A stretch of DNA of 64,000 nucleotides, taken from NCBI GenBank assembly GCA_051418015.1, contig JBPRGF010000009.1, forward strand, positions 1 to 64,000, given 5' to 3'. Below, piece after piece: positions 9,379 to 18,567 of the stretch. Made by a program: the position numbers and the translations under genes. Every line of letters starts with the position of its first letter. Position 1 is the stretch's first letter. The notes under the pieces were generated by a model. It saw only the letters and a program-made list of their open reading frames with translations. It was not told where the DNA came from and made no database searches. Source of the stretch: Candidatus Nitrospinota bacterium M3_3B_026 (GTDB taxonomy: Bacteria; Nitrospinota_A; UBA7883; JBPRGF01).

Positions 9379-10330
9379 GGCGGTTCGTGAAATGGGAGAA
9401 CTCATCCAGATTCAGTATCCTACAGGCTATGCTCTCCGGCGTGTCCTCTTCGGCTACCGGGACGAAAACCGCGCCCTCCGCCTTGCGGAACCACGTGACC
9501 TGCCTCTTGGCGAACGCCCTGGTTTCCTTCTTTATGATGTCCGCGGACTCTTCAGGATCCACGGCCCCCTCGGCCTCTTTCAAAAGCGTTCTATAACCGA
9601 GGCTTCGCATTGGTTTTACCCTGTCATTATAACCCATCTCCAAGAGCCGTTTTACCTCCCCGCGCCATCCGTCCCGCAGGCTCTCCTCCACTCTGCGGTC
9701 AATCCGCCGGTAGAGGACGTCCCGGGGAGGGTCGAGAACCAAGAAGAGCGTGTCCCACTCGGCCTTAGCCGGGTTTTCCCGGAAAAACTCGCTTAAGCGG
9801 CGGCCGGTGGTCATGTATACCCCCACAGTCCTGCGCGTCCTGAAGGTGTCGTTGGGATGGATCCGCGCCGCCCATTCCGGGTCCACGGACACGGCGAGGC
9901 TGTACAACCCCTCCTGCCCCTCCCCGGCGGCGATCTCGTCCATCCTGCGTTCGGCCTCGGGGCTTATCCTCGCGCCGAGGTGGAGCGTCTCGACGAGGGC
10001 TTTTATGTACAACCCCGTTCCTCCGGCGACCAGGGGGACGCGACCCTTGCTCCAGAGATCCCGCGCTATCCTGCCCGCCTCTTTTCTGAACCTGGCGGCG
10101 GAGTAGTCCTCATCCGGGTCCGCCACGTCCAGCAGGTGATGGCGGACACGCTTTCTCAGGCTTTCGGAGGGTTTGGCGGCGCCTATGTCGAAATGACGAT
10201 ACACCTGGACGGAGTCGGCGGAGATTATCTGGGCGCCGAGCTTTTCGGCCAGGGCCACCCCCACCTCCGACTTGCCGCTTGCCGTCGGCCCCGCCAGGAC
10301 GATCAGCGGAGGTTTTCTCCCGTCAGGCAT
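9359..10330 (-). CDS. miaA: tRNA dimethylallyltransferase
   Basis: LIVLAGPTASGKSEVGVALAEKLGAQIISADSVQVYRHFDIGAAKP P-loop and MiaA signature. Confidence 0.9.
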   Translation of the reverse strand: MPDGRKPPLIVLAGPTASGKSEVGVALAEKLGAQIISADSVQVYRHFDIGAAKPSESLRKRVRHHLLDVADPDEDYSAARFRKEAGRIARDLWSKGRVPLVAGGTGLYIKALVETLHLGARISPEAERRMDEIAAGEGQEGLYSLAVSVDPEWAARIHPNDTFRTRRTVGVYMTTGRRLSEFFRENPAKAEWDTLFLVLDPPRDVLYRRIDRRVEESLRDGWRGEVKRLLEMGYNDRVKPMRSLGYRTLLKEAEGAVDPEESADIIKKETRAFAKRQVTWFRKAEGAVFVPVAEEDTPESIACRILNLDEFSHFTNRHGILVR

Positions 10331-11027
10331 AACGGACGGCTATCTTCCTGTACTCGGCGGAGTCCTCCCCCTCCGGTGTCCTCAAAGTAAGGGGCGGCTC
10401 GACGACTCTCTTTTCCTCCCCGTCCCCGCCGAGCCGGGCCTCGGAGAGGAACACGTTCGGCGGGCCGCCTGGAACGGGGATGATCTCCCTGTACCGGATC
10501 TCGTGAAAACCGGCGCTTTCCAGTATTTTCTCGTATTCGCCCCTGCGCTCCGGGATCATGCTTATGGTCATGGTCCCTCCTTCGGCGAGCAGGCGCGAGG
10601 CCGTCCGCGCAAGCCCTTCCAGCGTCATCTTTGTCTCATGCCGGGCGGCGGCCCTGGCCGGGTCGGCGCAGAGTCTGCCTGCTCCGGCCTTGTAATACGG
10701 AGGGTTCGAGACCACCGCGCCGAACTTGGTTGATCCCAGGATATCCGGGACGCGCAGCATGTCCGCGGCGATCACGTGATATCGCGCCAGTCCGCTGCGC
10801 CTTGCGTTCCAGAGAGCGGCCGAGGCCAGGGCGGGGTTTATCTCCACCGCGAAAGGCTCCAGCCCCGGGTTGTCCATCCCGATCAGGATGGAGACGACGC
10901 CCGCGCCCGCGCCAAGGTCTATCATCGACAGGGAGCCGCGGGGCCGGAAAAAGTCCGCGAGTATGAACGAATCACGGTTGTACCTGTATCCGGCGCCGGC
11001 CTGGGCGAGCGTAAGGGATGGACTCAT
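10323..11027 (-). CDS. Class I SAM-dependent N6-adenine methyltransferase (TrmN6/YfiC-like)
   Basis: VVSNPPYY (NPPY) catalytic motif; IDLGAGAGVVS SAM-binding motif. Confidence 0.65.
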   Translation of the reverse strand: MSPSLTLAQAGAGYRYNRDSFILADFFRPRGSLSMIDLGAGAGVVSILIGMDNPGLEPFAVEINPALASAALWNARRSGLARYHVIAADMLRVPDILGSTKFGAVVSNPPYYKAGAGRLCADPARAAARHETKMTLEGLARTASRLLAEGGTMTISMIPERRGEYEKILESAGFHEIRYREIIPVPGGPPNVFLSEARLGGDGEEKRVVEPPLTLRTPEGEDSAEYRKIAVRYA

Positions 11028-11119
11028 GGGTCTATTTTAACCGCGCGGGAGGGCAGAAGGGTAGGGCGGGATACGGCCTGGCGGCGGGGCAGGACTCCCG
11101 AATCCGCCGCCGGAGCCGT

Positions 11120-11587
11120 TTACGAGGTCACGTCCACATGCTCTCCCGGTCCGTCATCCTGGACGCGTTTTTCAAGGTTTTCCTCGGCGATTCTGGACAT
11201 GGCTTCCTTTATCCGCCGCTGTTCCTCGGGGGGGATCTCTCTGATGACCTCGTCCTCTTTCTTGTCGATCACCTTGACGACCAGTCCGCCGTTGTCGACG
11301 GTGTAGTCGCGCCGCACGTCCCTTGTCAGCAGGGCGCCGGGGTTTTCCCGCCCCTCCCGGTGATCGCCTTCACCTTGCCCGCCCGCGGCCTTCGCGGCGG
11401 CCTCCGCCGCTCCGTGTCTTTCGACCACCGCGTCTCCACGAGTGGATATCTCCACCATGTCGGAGGCTGGCTGTGATGGGGGCCTGCTTTCCGTTTCCGC
11501 TCTTTCGGGGGCCGCTCTTTGCCGGGATGCGGTCCTCGCGGCGGTCTCCGCGGCTGCTGATATATCCCGGACTTCCATTTTCCTCAT
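11120..11587 (-). CDS. flaG: Flagellar protein FlaG
   Basis: C-terminal YTVDNGGLVVKVIDKKEDEVIREIPPEE matches the conserved FlaG motif; preceded by a sigma-28-type promoter. Confidence 0.7.
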   Translation of the reverse strand: MRKMEVRDISAAAETAARTASRQRAAPERAETESRPPSQPASDMVEISTRGDAVVERHGAAEAAAKAAGGQGEGDHREGRENPGALLTRDVRRDYTVDNGGLVVKVIDKKEDEVIREIPPEEQRRIKEAMSRIAEENLEKRVQDDGPGEHVDVTS

Positions 11588-11700
11588 CCTTCCCTAGAAC
11601 GTTTTTCCAGCTATCTCCTGTGAATACAGGCGCTTGGCCGGGAACGTCCCGTCCATGACACCCGGCCCGAGCGCCAGCGGGAAATATCCCGCTGATTGTC

Positions 11701-11727
11701 TTATCGGAACGGCGGATTTAAACTTTA
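11701..11727 (-). promoter_or_regulatory. Sigma-28 (FliA)-type promoter upstream of flaG: TAAAGTTT-N11-TCCGATAA on the minus strand
   Basis: Minus-strand sequence TAAAGTTTaaatccgccgtTCCGATAA is a near-perfect match to the TAAA-N15-GCCGATAA consensus; it lies about 115 nt upstream of the flaG start. Confidence 0.65.
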
Positions 11728-11982
11728 GAACGATGTTCGAAAAAAGTAAGAATAATTTATAACAAGTTAAGTATCAATGCATTACGGTTGTTACGGTTCG
11801 GGCCCGGGCAGGACGGAAAAGGCTCTCCCCAAGGCGATGCCGGGCGGGGATGGGGCGAAATTTTCTTGCGGGCGGTATTGTCCGGGGGGCGCAAGCCGAA
11901 GGATCCCTCTGCTGCATCCGGCGCCGAGATGCTTCGTTTCGTTCAGCGTGACATTGCCGCCTCGGAGTGAGACCCTTCGCTG

Positions 11983-12018
11983 GCGCTGCCGGTATGACAC
12001 TGTAGGCAGCGCGCTTTT
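11983..12018 (+). terminator. Rho-independent terminator, plus-strand orientation, with no annotated plus-strand gene upstream
   Basis: Stem GCGCTGCC/GGCAGCGC (8 bp) with a 14-nt loop, followed by GCTTTTTTATC. Confidence 0.6.
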
Positions 12019-12062
12019 TTATCTAAGACGTCTGCATAACCCGGTCAGCGCCGCCCGGGCCG

Positions 12063-14282
12063 TCAGGCGCCCATCAGGGAGGGCAGGGCCTTGCGCCAGG
12101 GCTTCAAAAACTCGGTGGTTGTCGCCTTTATCACCGTTTTGCCGTTCACCATTACGCTGGCAATATCCCGGGTGACTTTTCCGATGACCTTCGCCGGGAC
12201 GCCGAGGCCGGCCGCCGTTTCGAGGATTTTTGCGGTGTCGGCCGGATCGGCGGAGAGCACAACCCTGGACTGGCTCTCCGAAAAGAGCGCGAAATCCGCC
12301 CTGAGATCCGTTTCGAGGTCCACTTCGAACCCCAGCGGCTCCTCTTCCCTGTTGGTGTCGAACAGGCATTCGGCCAGGCAGACGGCAAGGCCCCCGTCCG
12401 AGACGTCGTGCGCGGAGCGGACGAGCGCCTTCCCGGCCAGGGCGCCGAGGAGTTTCTGAAGGGCCGCCTCTTTTTCAAGGTTCACCCTCGGCGGCGCGCC
12501 TCTTTCCATCCCGTGGATCACGGCCAGGTACTCAGACCCTCCGATCTCGTCGAAAGTCTCGCCGAGGAGGATTACGGCGTCCCCCTCCTTCCTGAAAAAC
12601 TGCCCCACCAGCCTGTCGTAATTCTCCAGGAGCCCAACCGCGCCGACGGTTGGGGTGGGGTGGACGGCGTCGTCGCCGGTCTGGTTGTAAAACGAGACGT
12701 TGCCGGAGACGACGGGCGTCCCCAGCGCCTCGCAAGCCTCCGCCATTCCCTCGATGGCCTGGTTGAAGCGCCACATCACCTCCTCGCGCTCCGGGCTGCC
12801 GAAGTTCAGGCAGTCGGTGATAGCAAGCGGTTTCGCGCCGGAGCAGGCGACGTTGCGGGCCGCCTCGGCCACGGCCTGCCTGCCGCCTTCGCGGGGGTCG
12901 AGGAAACAATATCTGGCGTTGCAGTCGAGGCTCATGGCGACGGCCTTTTTCGTCCCCTTGATCCTGATGACGGCGGCGTCGGAGCCGGGCCTTTGTACCG
13001 TATCGGTCCGCACCATGTGGTCGTACTGGCGCCAGACCCACTCCCTCGAGCAGAGGTTCGGCGATCCAAGCATGGTTTTAAGTGTCCCGGTCAGGTTTTC
13101 CGGCTCCGGGATATTTTCCGTTTTCAGTTCCCGGAGCCTTGCTAGGTTTTCCGGCGGGAGGGCCAGCCTGCTATGGACGGGGGATTTTTCGGAAAGCGGC
13201 GCGGCCGGTATCTCCGCCACGACCTCGCCGTTATCCTTCAGCCGGACCATCCCGTCGTCCGTCACCTGGCCGATAACCTCCGCCGACAGGCCCCATTTTT
13301 CGAAAATTTCCCTCACCTGCTCCTCCGTCCCCTTTTTCGCCACCAGCAGCATCCGCTCCTGCGACTCGGAGAGCATGATCTCGTAAGGCGTCATCCCCTC
13401 CTCGCGGCGGGGTACTTTTGAGAGGTCGATTTCCACCCCCGTCCCCGCGCGGCCGGCCATCTCGAACGCCGACGAGGTCATCCCCGCCGCGCCCATGTCC
13501 TGTATCCCCACCACGGCGCCGCTCTTGAAAAGCTCCAGGCAGGCCTCGATCAGCAGCTTCTCGGTGAAAGGGTCGCCAACCTGGACGGTGGGTCTTCGCT
13601 CCTCGCTGTCTTCGGAGAACTCCTCGCTGGCCATCGTGGCGCCGTGGATGCCGTCGCGGCCTGTCCTGGAGCCGACGTACATCACCGGGTTTCCCGCTCC
13701 CTCCGCCTTGCCGAGGAATATTTTGTCCTTCGGCGCCACGCCGAGGTTGAAGGCGTTCACCAGGCAGTTGCCGTTGTAGCTTTCGTGGAAAACCAGCTCC
13801 CCGCCTATCGTGGGCACGCCCACGCAGTTGCCATACCCGGCGATCCCCGCCACCACGCCGCCGGCGAGGTAGCGCGTCCTGGGGTGGGACACCGCCCCGA
13901 AGCGGATGGAGTTCAGCGACGCCACGGGCCGCGCGCCCATGGTGAAGATGTCGCGCAGGATGCCCCCGACACCGGTGGCCGCGCCCTGGTACGGCTCTAT
14001 GTAGGAGGGGTGGTTGTGTGATTCCATCTTGAACACCACCACAAGCCCGCCGCCTATGTCCACGACCCCCGCGTTCTCCCCCGGGCCCTGGATGACGTGG
14101 GGCGCGGTGGTGGGGAACCTCTTGAGGCTGAGTCTGGAGCTTTTGTAAGAGCAGTGCTCGCTCCACATCGCCGAGAATATCCCGAGCTCCACGATGTTCG
14201 GCGGGCGGCCCAGGATTTCCAGGGCCAGGTCGAACTCTTCGCGGGTCAGGCCGTGAAGGGTGATATGGTTCGTGTCCAGCAT
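12063..14282 (-). CDS. purL: Phosphoribosylformylglycinamidine synthase subunit PurL
   Basis: [49 protein letters not shown]; two AIR-synthase-like repeats; 740 aa. Confidence 0.9.
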   Translation of the reverse strand: MLDTNHITLHGLTREEFDLALEILGRPPNIVELGIFSAMWSEHCSYKSSRLSLKRFPTTAPHVIQGPGENAGVVDIGGGLVVVFKMESHNHPSYIEPYQGAATGVGGILRDIFTMGARPVASLNSIRFGAVSHPRTRYLAGGVVAGIAGYGNCVGVPTIGGELVFHESYNGNCLVNAFNLGVAPKDKIFLGKAEGAGNPVMYVGSRTGRDGIHGATMASEEFSEDSEERRPTVQVGDPFTEKLLIEACLELFKSGAVVGIQDMGAAGMTSSAFEMAGRAGTGVEIDLSKVPRREEGMTPYEIMLSESQERMLLVAKKGTEEQVREIFEKWGLSAEVIGQVTDDGMVRLKDNGEVVAEIPAAPLSEKSPVHSRLALPPENLARLRELKTENIPEPENLTGTLKTMLGSPNLCSREWVWRQYDHMVRTDTVQRPGSDAAVIRIKGTKKAVAMSLDCNARYCFLDPREGGRQAVAEAARNVACSGAKPLAITDCLNFGSPEREEVMWRFNQAIEGMAEACEALGTPVVSGNVSFYNQTGDDAVHPTPTVGAVGLLENYDRLVGQFFRKEGDAVILLGETFDEIGGSEYLAVIHGMERGAPPRVNLEKEAALQKLLGALAGKALVRSAHDVSDGGLAVCLAECLFDTNREEEPLGFEVDLETDLRADFALFSESQSRVVLSADPADTAKILETAAGLGVPAKVIGKVTRDIASVMVNGKTVIKATTTEFLKPWRKALPSLMGA

Positions 14283-14379
14283 CGGGGCATTATAAACCAA
14301 AACGGCGCCGCGCGCCCAGGCGTTGAGGCCGCGTCTGTTATGGTATATTCCCACGCAACGATGGTTTTTCGAAGGACTC

Positions 14380-14895
14380 ATGACCACGCTCGAAAAGATA
14401 AAAAAGATGATCGAGGCCGACAAGGCCGTGGTGGGGAAGGATTTTCACCAGAGGATATACGAAAGCCTCAAAACCGCCATGGACAGGGCCGGGGTAACCC
14501 CCGAAGAGGCGGACGCTCTCGACTCGCGCTCCGCTGAGCGGAGGAAGATCATGACGACGCCTTTCTCCGGCCTGGTGGAGCCGCAGCTGGACGAGCTGGA
14601 AAAAAATCTTTGTTTAAGCGCCGATTACGAAATCCCCTCGCACCGGAAGGGCCTGCTCGGCGCTTTCAACAGGCTGGTCAAGAAGGCCGTCCTCAAGATA
14701 AAACTCCGCGCCGACGTACAGGTCAGCCAGCAGGCCAGGTTCAACCTCGCCGTCCTTGTCCTGGCCAGGATGACCGCCGTCCATGTGGACCTGCTCGCCG
14801 CGGCGCTGGAGAGGGAGATAGAGAAAAGGGAGACTCTTGAAAAGGACGTAGCCGGGCTGGAGGAGGAAATATCCCGCCTGAGGGAGCGGCGCTGA
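14380..14895 (+). CDS. Hypothetical protein with C-terminal coiled coil
   Basis: ATG at 14380 with GAAGGA ribosome-binding site; no recognisable family; stop overlaps the start of the downstream glycosyltransferase (ATGA). Confidence 0.45.
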   Translation: MTTLEKIKKMIEADKAVVGKDFHQRIYESLKTAMDRAGVTPEEADALDSRSAERRKIMTTPFSGLVEPQLDELEKNLCLSADYEIPSHRKGLLGAFNRLVKKAVLKIKLRADVQVSQQARFNLAVLVLARMTAVHVDLLAAALEREIEKRETLEKDVAGLEEEISRLRERR

Positions 14896-15968
14896 TGGGA
14901 GAGGGTGGGGTTCACCAGTTCACCTCCTTCGCCCGGCGCGGCGACGCGGTCTATGACTACGCGGAGCTTTTGCGGGGGATATTCCGCTCCTGGGGCGCGC
15001 CATCCAATATATATGTCCTCGACCCGGATCCCCCCCCTTACGACGGCGTGGCTGATTACAAAAGATACAGTCCCGCGCCGGGGGATATCCTTCTGTACCA
15101 TTTCGCCATAGGCAGCAGGCTGACGGACTTCATCCTGCGCCAGCCGGGCAAAAAGTTCATGGTGTATCACAACATGACGCCCGAGGAGTATCTTCTCGGC
15201 GCAGACAACGAAAGCTATCTGGCCGCAAGAAAAGGCGCGAGGGAGCTGGAGATGATGAGGGACGCCCTCGACGGCGTCTTCGCGGTCTCTGAATACAACG
15301 CCGATGACCTGCGGCGGCGCGGGGGGTATGAAGAGGTCGTCATCACGCCCATGGCGAAGGATTTTTCGAGGTTCGAGGGGGCCGCCCCTTCGCCCGCGCG
15401 GATGGAGAAATGGAAAAGCGGCAAGAAAACAATTCTTTTCATAGGCCGCGTCGTCCCGCACAAGCGGCAGGACGACCTGATAAAAGTCCTCCACGCCTAC
15501 ACCCGGCTCTACGGCCCCGAAGCGCGGCTTGTCATGCCGGGCTCGTGGAAGAATATGGAGCTTTATAAAGACAGCCTTCTCCGTCTTTCGGAAAGACTGG
15601 GGATTGCTGATCTTGTTGAAATTCCAGGGTTTATAGACGAGGAAGACTTTTTGGCGCTCTTTTCCATGGCGGATGTGTACCTGAGCCTCAGCGAGCACGA
15701 GGGGTTTGGCGTGCCCTTTCTGGAGGCGATGTGGTTCGGTGTCCCCGTGGTGGCCTACGGTGTTTGCGCGATCCCGGAGGTCTTGGGCCCCTCGGGTATC
15801 AGGCTGCGTGAAAAGGACAGCTTCGCCGCCGCCGCCGTGTTGCGGGAACTTTTCGAGAACAGGGAGCTGAAGGGACGGATAGTGGAAGGGCAGAGGAAGC
15901 GGCTGGAGGATTTCTCGCCCCGCCGCCTCGAGGCGGTTTTGAGAGAGGCGCTGGCGTCCAGGGCGTGA
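14895..15968 (+). CDS. Glycosyltransferase family 4 (GT1-fold, Glycos_transf_1)
   Basis: EGFGVPFLEAMWFGVPVV signature of the retaining GT4 C-terminal domain. Confidence 0.8.
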   Translation: MGEGGVHQFTSFARRGDAVYDYAELLRGIFRSWGAPSNIYVLDPDPPPYDGVADYKRYSPAPGDILLYHFAIGSRLTDFILRQPGKKFMVYHNMTPEEYLLGADNESYLAARKGARELEMMRDALDGVFAVSEYNADDLRRRGGYEEVVITPMAKDFSRFEGAAPSPARMEKWKSGKKTILFIGRVVPHKRQDDLIKVLHAYTRLYGPEARLVMPGSWKNMELYKDSLLRLSERLGIADLVEIPGFIDEEDFLALFSMADVYLSLSEHEGFGVPFLEAMWFGVPVVAYGVCAIPEVLGPSGIRLREKDSFAAAAVLRELFENRELKGRIVEGQRKRLEDFSPRRLEAVLREALASRA

Positions 15969-16075
15969 GGGGCGGGTCCGTCCCGGTGTTCCACGATCGG
16001 GGAAATCTTTTTTTCCCCTGCTTTTATGGACTTTTCGGCGGCGCTTTGGTTATAATCTCAGATTCGATTTTCAGG

Positions 16076-16149
16076 TGGGGCGTCGTCAAGTGGTAAGACA
16101 CGGGACTTTGGATCCCGCATCGGAGGTTCGAATCCTCCCGCCCCAGCCA
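16076..16149 (+). tRNA. tRNA-Gln (anticodon TTG)
   Basis: Cloverleaf folded by hand: acceptor stem TGGGGCG/CGCCCCA; anticodon stem CGGGA/TCCCG with loop CTTTGGA; T-arm GGAGG-TTCGAAT-CCTCC; encoded CCA end. Confidence 0.8.
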
Positions 16150-16201
16150 GGCGGAGGCGGCGTGTTTACAGGAACCGTTGGAATGTTTTTGATCGTTTGA
16201 T

Positions 16202-17158
16202 ATGGTGGCCTCGACAAACGGCAGGCTGGTCCTTATAAGCGGCCGGTCGAACCAGGAGCTCGCCCGGGAGATATCCGACTGGGTGGGGGTTTCCCTGTGC
16301 GAAAGGGAGCTTACGAATTTCTCCGACGGGGAGATATTCGTGAAGATCCAGGAGAACGTGCGCGGCGCGGACGTTTTCGTGATCCAGTCCACCTCCACGA
16401 ACGTCAACGACAACCTGATGGAACTCCTTATAATGATAGACGCCCTTCGCCGCGCCTCGGCGAAGAGGATCACAGCCGTGCTGCCCTATTTCGGCTACGC
16501 CAGGCAGGATCGCAAGGTCCAGTCCCGCACGCCGATCACCGCCAAGCTGGTGGCGGACCTGATAACGGCCGTGGGGACGGACAGGGTGCTGAGCCTTGAC
16601 CTGCACGCGGGGCAGATACAGGGTTTTTTCAGCCTGCCGGTGGACCACCTTTATGCCTCGCCCATAATGACGGATTACGTCAAAACGAAATCGTACAAGG
16701 ACATAGTGGTCGTCTCCCCCGACGCGGGGGGCGTGGAGAGGGCGAGGGCCTTCGCCAAGGCTCTCAACGCCGGGCTGGGGATCATCGACAAGCGGCGGGA
16801 GGCGAAAAACGTCGCCCAGGCCATGCACATAATAGGTGAGGTGGAAGGGCGCGACGTCCTGATCGTGGACGACATGGTGGACACCGCCGGGACGTTGACG
16901 GAGGCGGCGGCGGCCCTCATGGAGGCGGGGGCGAACTCTGTCTCCGCCTGCTGCACGCACCCGGTCCTTTCCGGCCCGGCCATGGACAGGATAAAAAACT
17001 CCAGGCTGAAAGAGCTTATAATAAGCAACTCCATAGCTCTGGACGACAAGAGGAAGGAGACCTCCAAGCTGACCACCATATCGGTGGCCAAGCTGCTGGG
17101 GGAGGCTATTCTCAGGATACACAAGGAGACTTCGGTCAGCTCCTTGTTCGAATATTAA
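16202..17158 (+). CDS. prs: Ribose-phosphate pyrophosphokinase (PRPP synthetase)
   Basis: VLPYFGYARQDRK and DLHAGQIQGFF motifs; 318 aa. Confidence 0.92.
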   Translation: MVASTNGRLVLISGRSNQELAREISDWVGVSLCERELTNFSDGEIFVKIQENVRGADVFVIQSTSTNVNDNLMELLIMIDALRRASAKRITAVLPYFGYARQDRKVQSRTPITAKLVADLITAVGTDRVLSLDLHAGQIQGFFSLPVDHLYASPIMTDYVKTKSYKDIVVVSPDAGGVERARAFAKALNAGLGIIDKRREAKNVAQAMHIIGEVEGRDVLIVDDMVDTAGTLTEAAAALMEAGANSVSACCTHPVLSGPAMDRIKNSRLKELIISNSIALDDKRKETSKLTTISVAKLLGEAILRIHKETSVSSLFEY

Positions 17159-17223
17159 CAGGCCCGGCCCTTCTCTGCTCCGATTGAAGGCGCCGCGGGA
17201 GGATTTTTCAGAGGTTCGATGAC

Positions 17224-17874
17224 ATGAGCGAGACTGTATTGGCGGGCGTTGTCCGCCAGGCTGGAAGAAAAGGGCCCGCCAGGAGGCTGCGGGCCGCGGG
17301 CAAGCTGCCCGGTGTCGTCTACGGGCGGGGGGAAAACATCTCTGTCACGGTGGACTCCAAGGACGTGCTGAAGATACTCGAGAGCAAGGGCGGCGCGAAC
17401 AGGATACTCACGACAAAGTTCGAGGGTGACGGCAAAGAGCGCAAGGTAATGATAAAAGAGCTGGAGGTCCACCCGATGACGGACAAGCTCATCCACGTGG
17501 ACTTGCTGGAGATAGAGCTGGACAAGCCCGTCAGCGTCGCCGTGAGCCTGGAGTTCACCGGCGTTCCCAAGGGGGTCAAGGAGAAGGGCGGCAGGCTGGC
17601 CATCCACAAGAACAAGCTGAACGTGGAGAGCCTGCCGGCGGACATCCCCCCCGTCATCATTGTTCCGATAGCGGGCCTGGACGCGGGGGAGGACCTGCGC
17701 GTCAAGGATATCAAGCTGAGCGGAGAGGTGAGGGCGCTCGATGACCCGGAGGCTATGCTGGTGGCGGTGATAATGCCCAAGCTGGCCGAGGAGGCCGCGG
17801 CCGAGGGTGAGGCCGAGGAGGGCGAAGAGGCCGCCCCGGCGAAGGAGGGTAAGACGCCCGCCGGGGAAGGTTGA
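17224..17874 (+). CDS. rplY: 50S ribosomal protein L25 / general stress protein Ctc
   Basis: RRLRAAGKLPGVVYGRGENISV L25 N-terminal signature; acidic C-terminal tail. Confidence 0.85.
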   Translation: MSETVLAGVVRQAGRKGPARRLRAAGKLPGVVYGRGENISVTVDSKDVLKILESKGGANRILTTKFEGDGKERKVMIKELEVHPMTDKLIHVDLLEIELDKPVSVAVSLEFTGVPKGVKEKGGRLAIHKNKLNVESLPADIPPVIIVPIAGLDAGEDLRVKDIKLSGEVRALDDPEAMLVAVIMPKLAEEAAAEGEAEEGEEAAPAKEGKTPAGEG

Positions 17875-17972
17875 TTTTTCTCCGGAAATTGGCGAAGCTC
17901 TTTTCGCCCGGCGAAAGCCCGTGCCGGTCCGCAACGAAACGGGATGAGCGCCCCCCGGAAGCGCCGCGCCTG

Positions 17973-18509
17973 GTGGCCGGCCTTGGCAACCCGGGCCGGG
18001 AATACGCCGGGAACAGGCACAACGCCGGGTTCATGGCGGTGGATTTTCTCCTGCGGCGCTGCGGCTTTGGCCCCATGGAGGCAGGCGACGGCTTCCAGGC
18101 CGCCCGCGGCCCGGCGCTCGGGTACGATGTTGTGTTTATAAAACCCATGCTCTATATGAACTTAAGCGGCGGACCCGTCGCGAAGGTTATGGAAAGGCTT
18201 GATATACCCTTGGAGAAGCTTCTCGTCATACATGACGACATCGACATCCCGCTTGGCTCCGCCCGGTATAAACGCGGCGGAGGAAGCGCCGGGCACAACG
18301 GCGTTCGCTCGATCATGGAGAGCGTGGGGTCGGGAGGCTTCGACAGGATAAGGATAGGCGTCGGCCGCCCCCCGGAAGGGGTCTCGGCGGCGGACTACGT
18401 GCTCAGCGATTTTTCAGAAGAGGAGGCCGAGCCCGTGGCGGGCGCAATGGAAGAGACCGCCGGTCTTTTCGAGAATCTTTTTCTGGGCGTGAAAATCAAA
18501 GACGATTGA
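17973..18509 (+). CDS. pth: Peptidyl-tRNA hydrolase
   Basis: LVAGLGNPGREYAGNRHNAGFMAVD signature; start uncertain: GTG at 17973 gives the canonical N-terminus, and the open frame extends back to TTG at 17871, overlapping the rplY stop. Confidence 0.8.
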   Translation: MAGLGNPGREYAGNRHNAGFMAVDFLLRRCGFGPMEAGDGFQAARGPALGYDVVFIKPMLYMNLSGGPVAKVMERLDIPLEKLLVIHDDIDIPLGSARYKRGGGSAGHNGVRSIMESVGSGGFDRIRIGVGRPPEGVSAADYVLSDFSEEEAEPVAGAMEETAGLFENLFLGVKIKDD

Positions 18510-18567
18510 TAATAATTTTTATCGCGTCATGGTAACAACAAGCTCAACCTGTTTGTAGGGGGATCAG

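Noticed and set aside
11788-11970. 60-codon ORF (MLRFGPGQDGKGSPQGDAGRGWGEIFL…) ending just before the orphan terminator.
   Set aside because: It has no ribosome-binding site, no family, and a Gly/Arg-rich composition like other spurious high-GC frames. It is kept only as part of the small-RNA hypothesis, not called as a CDS.
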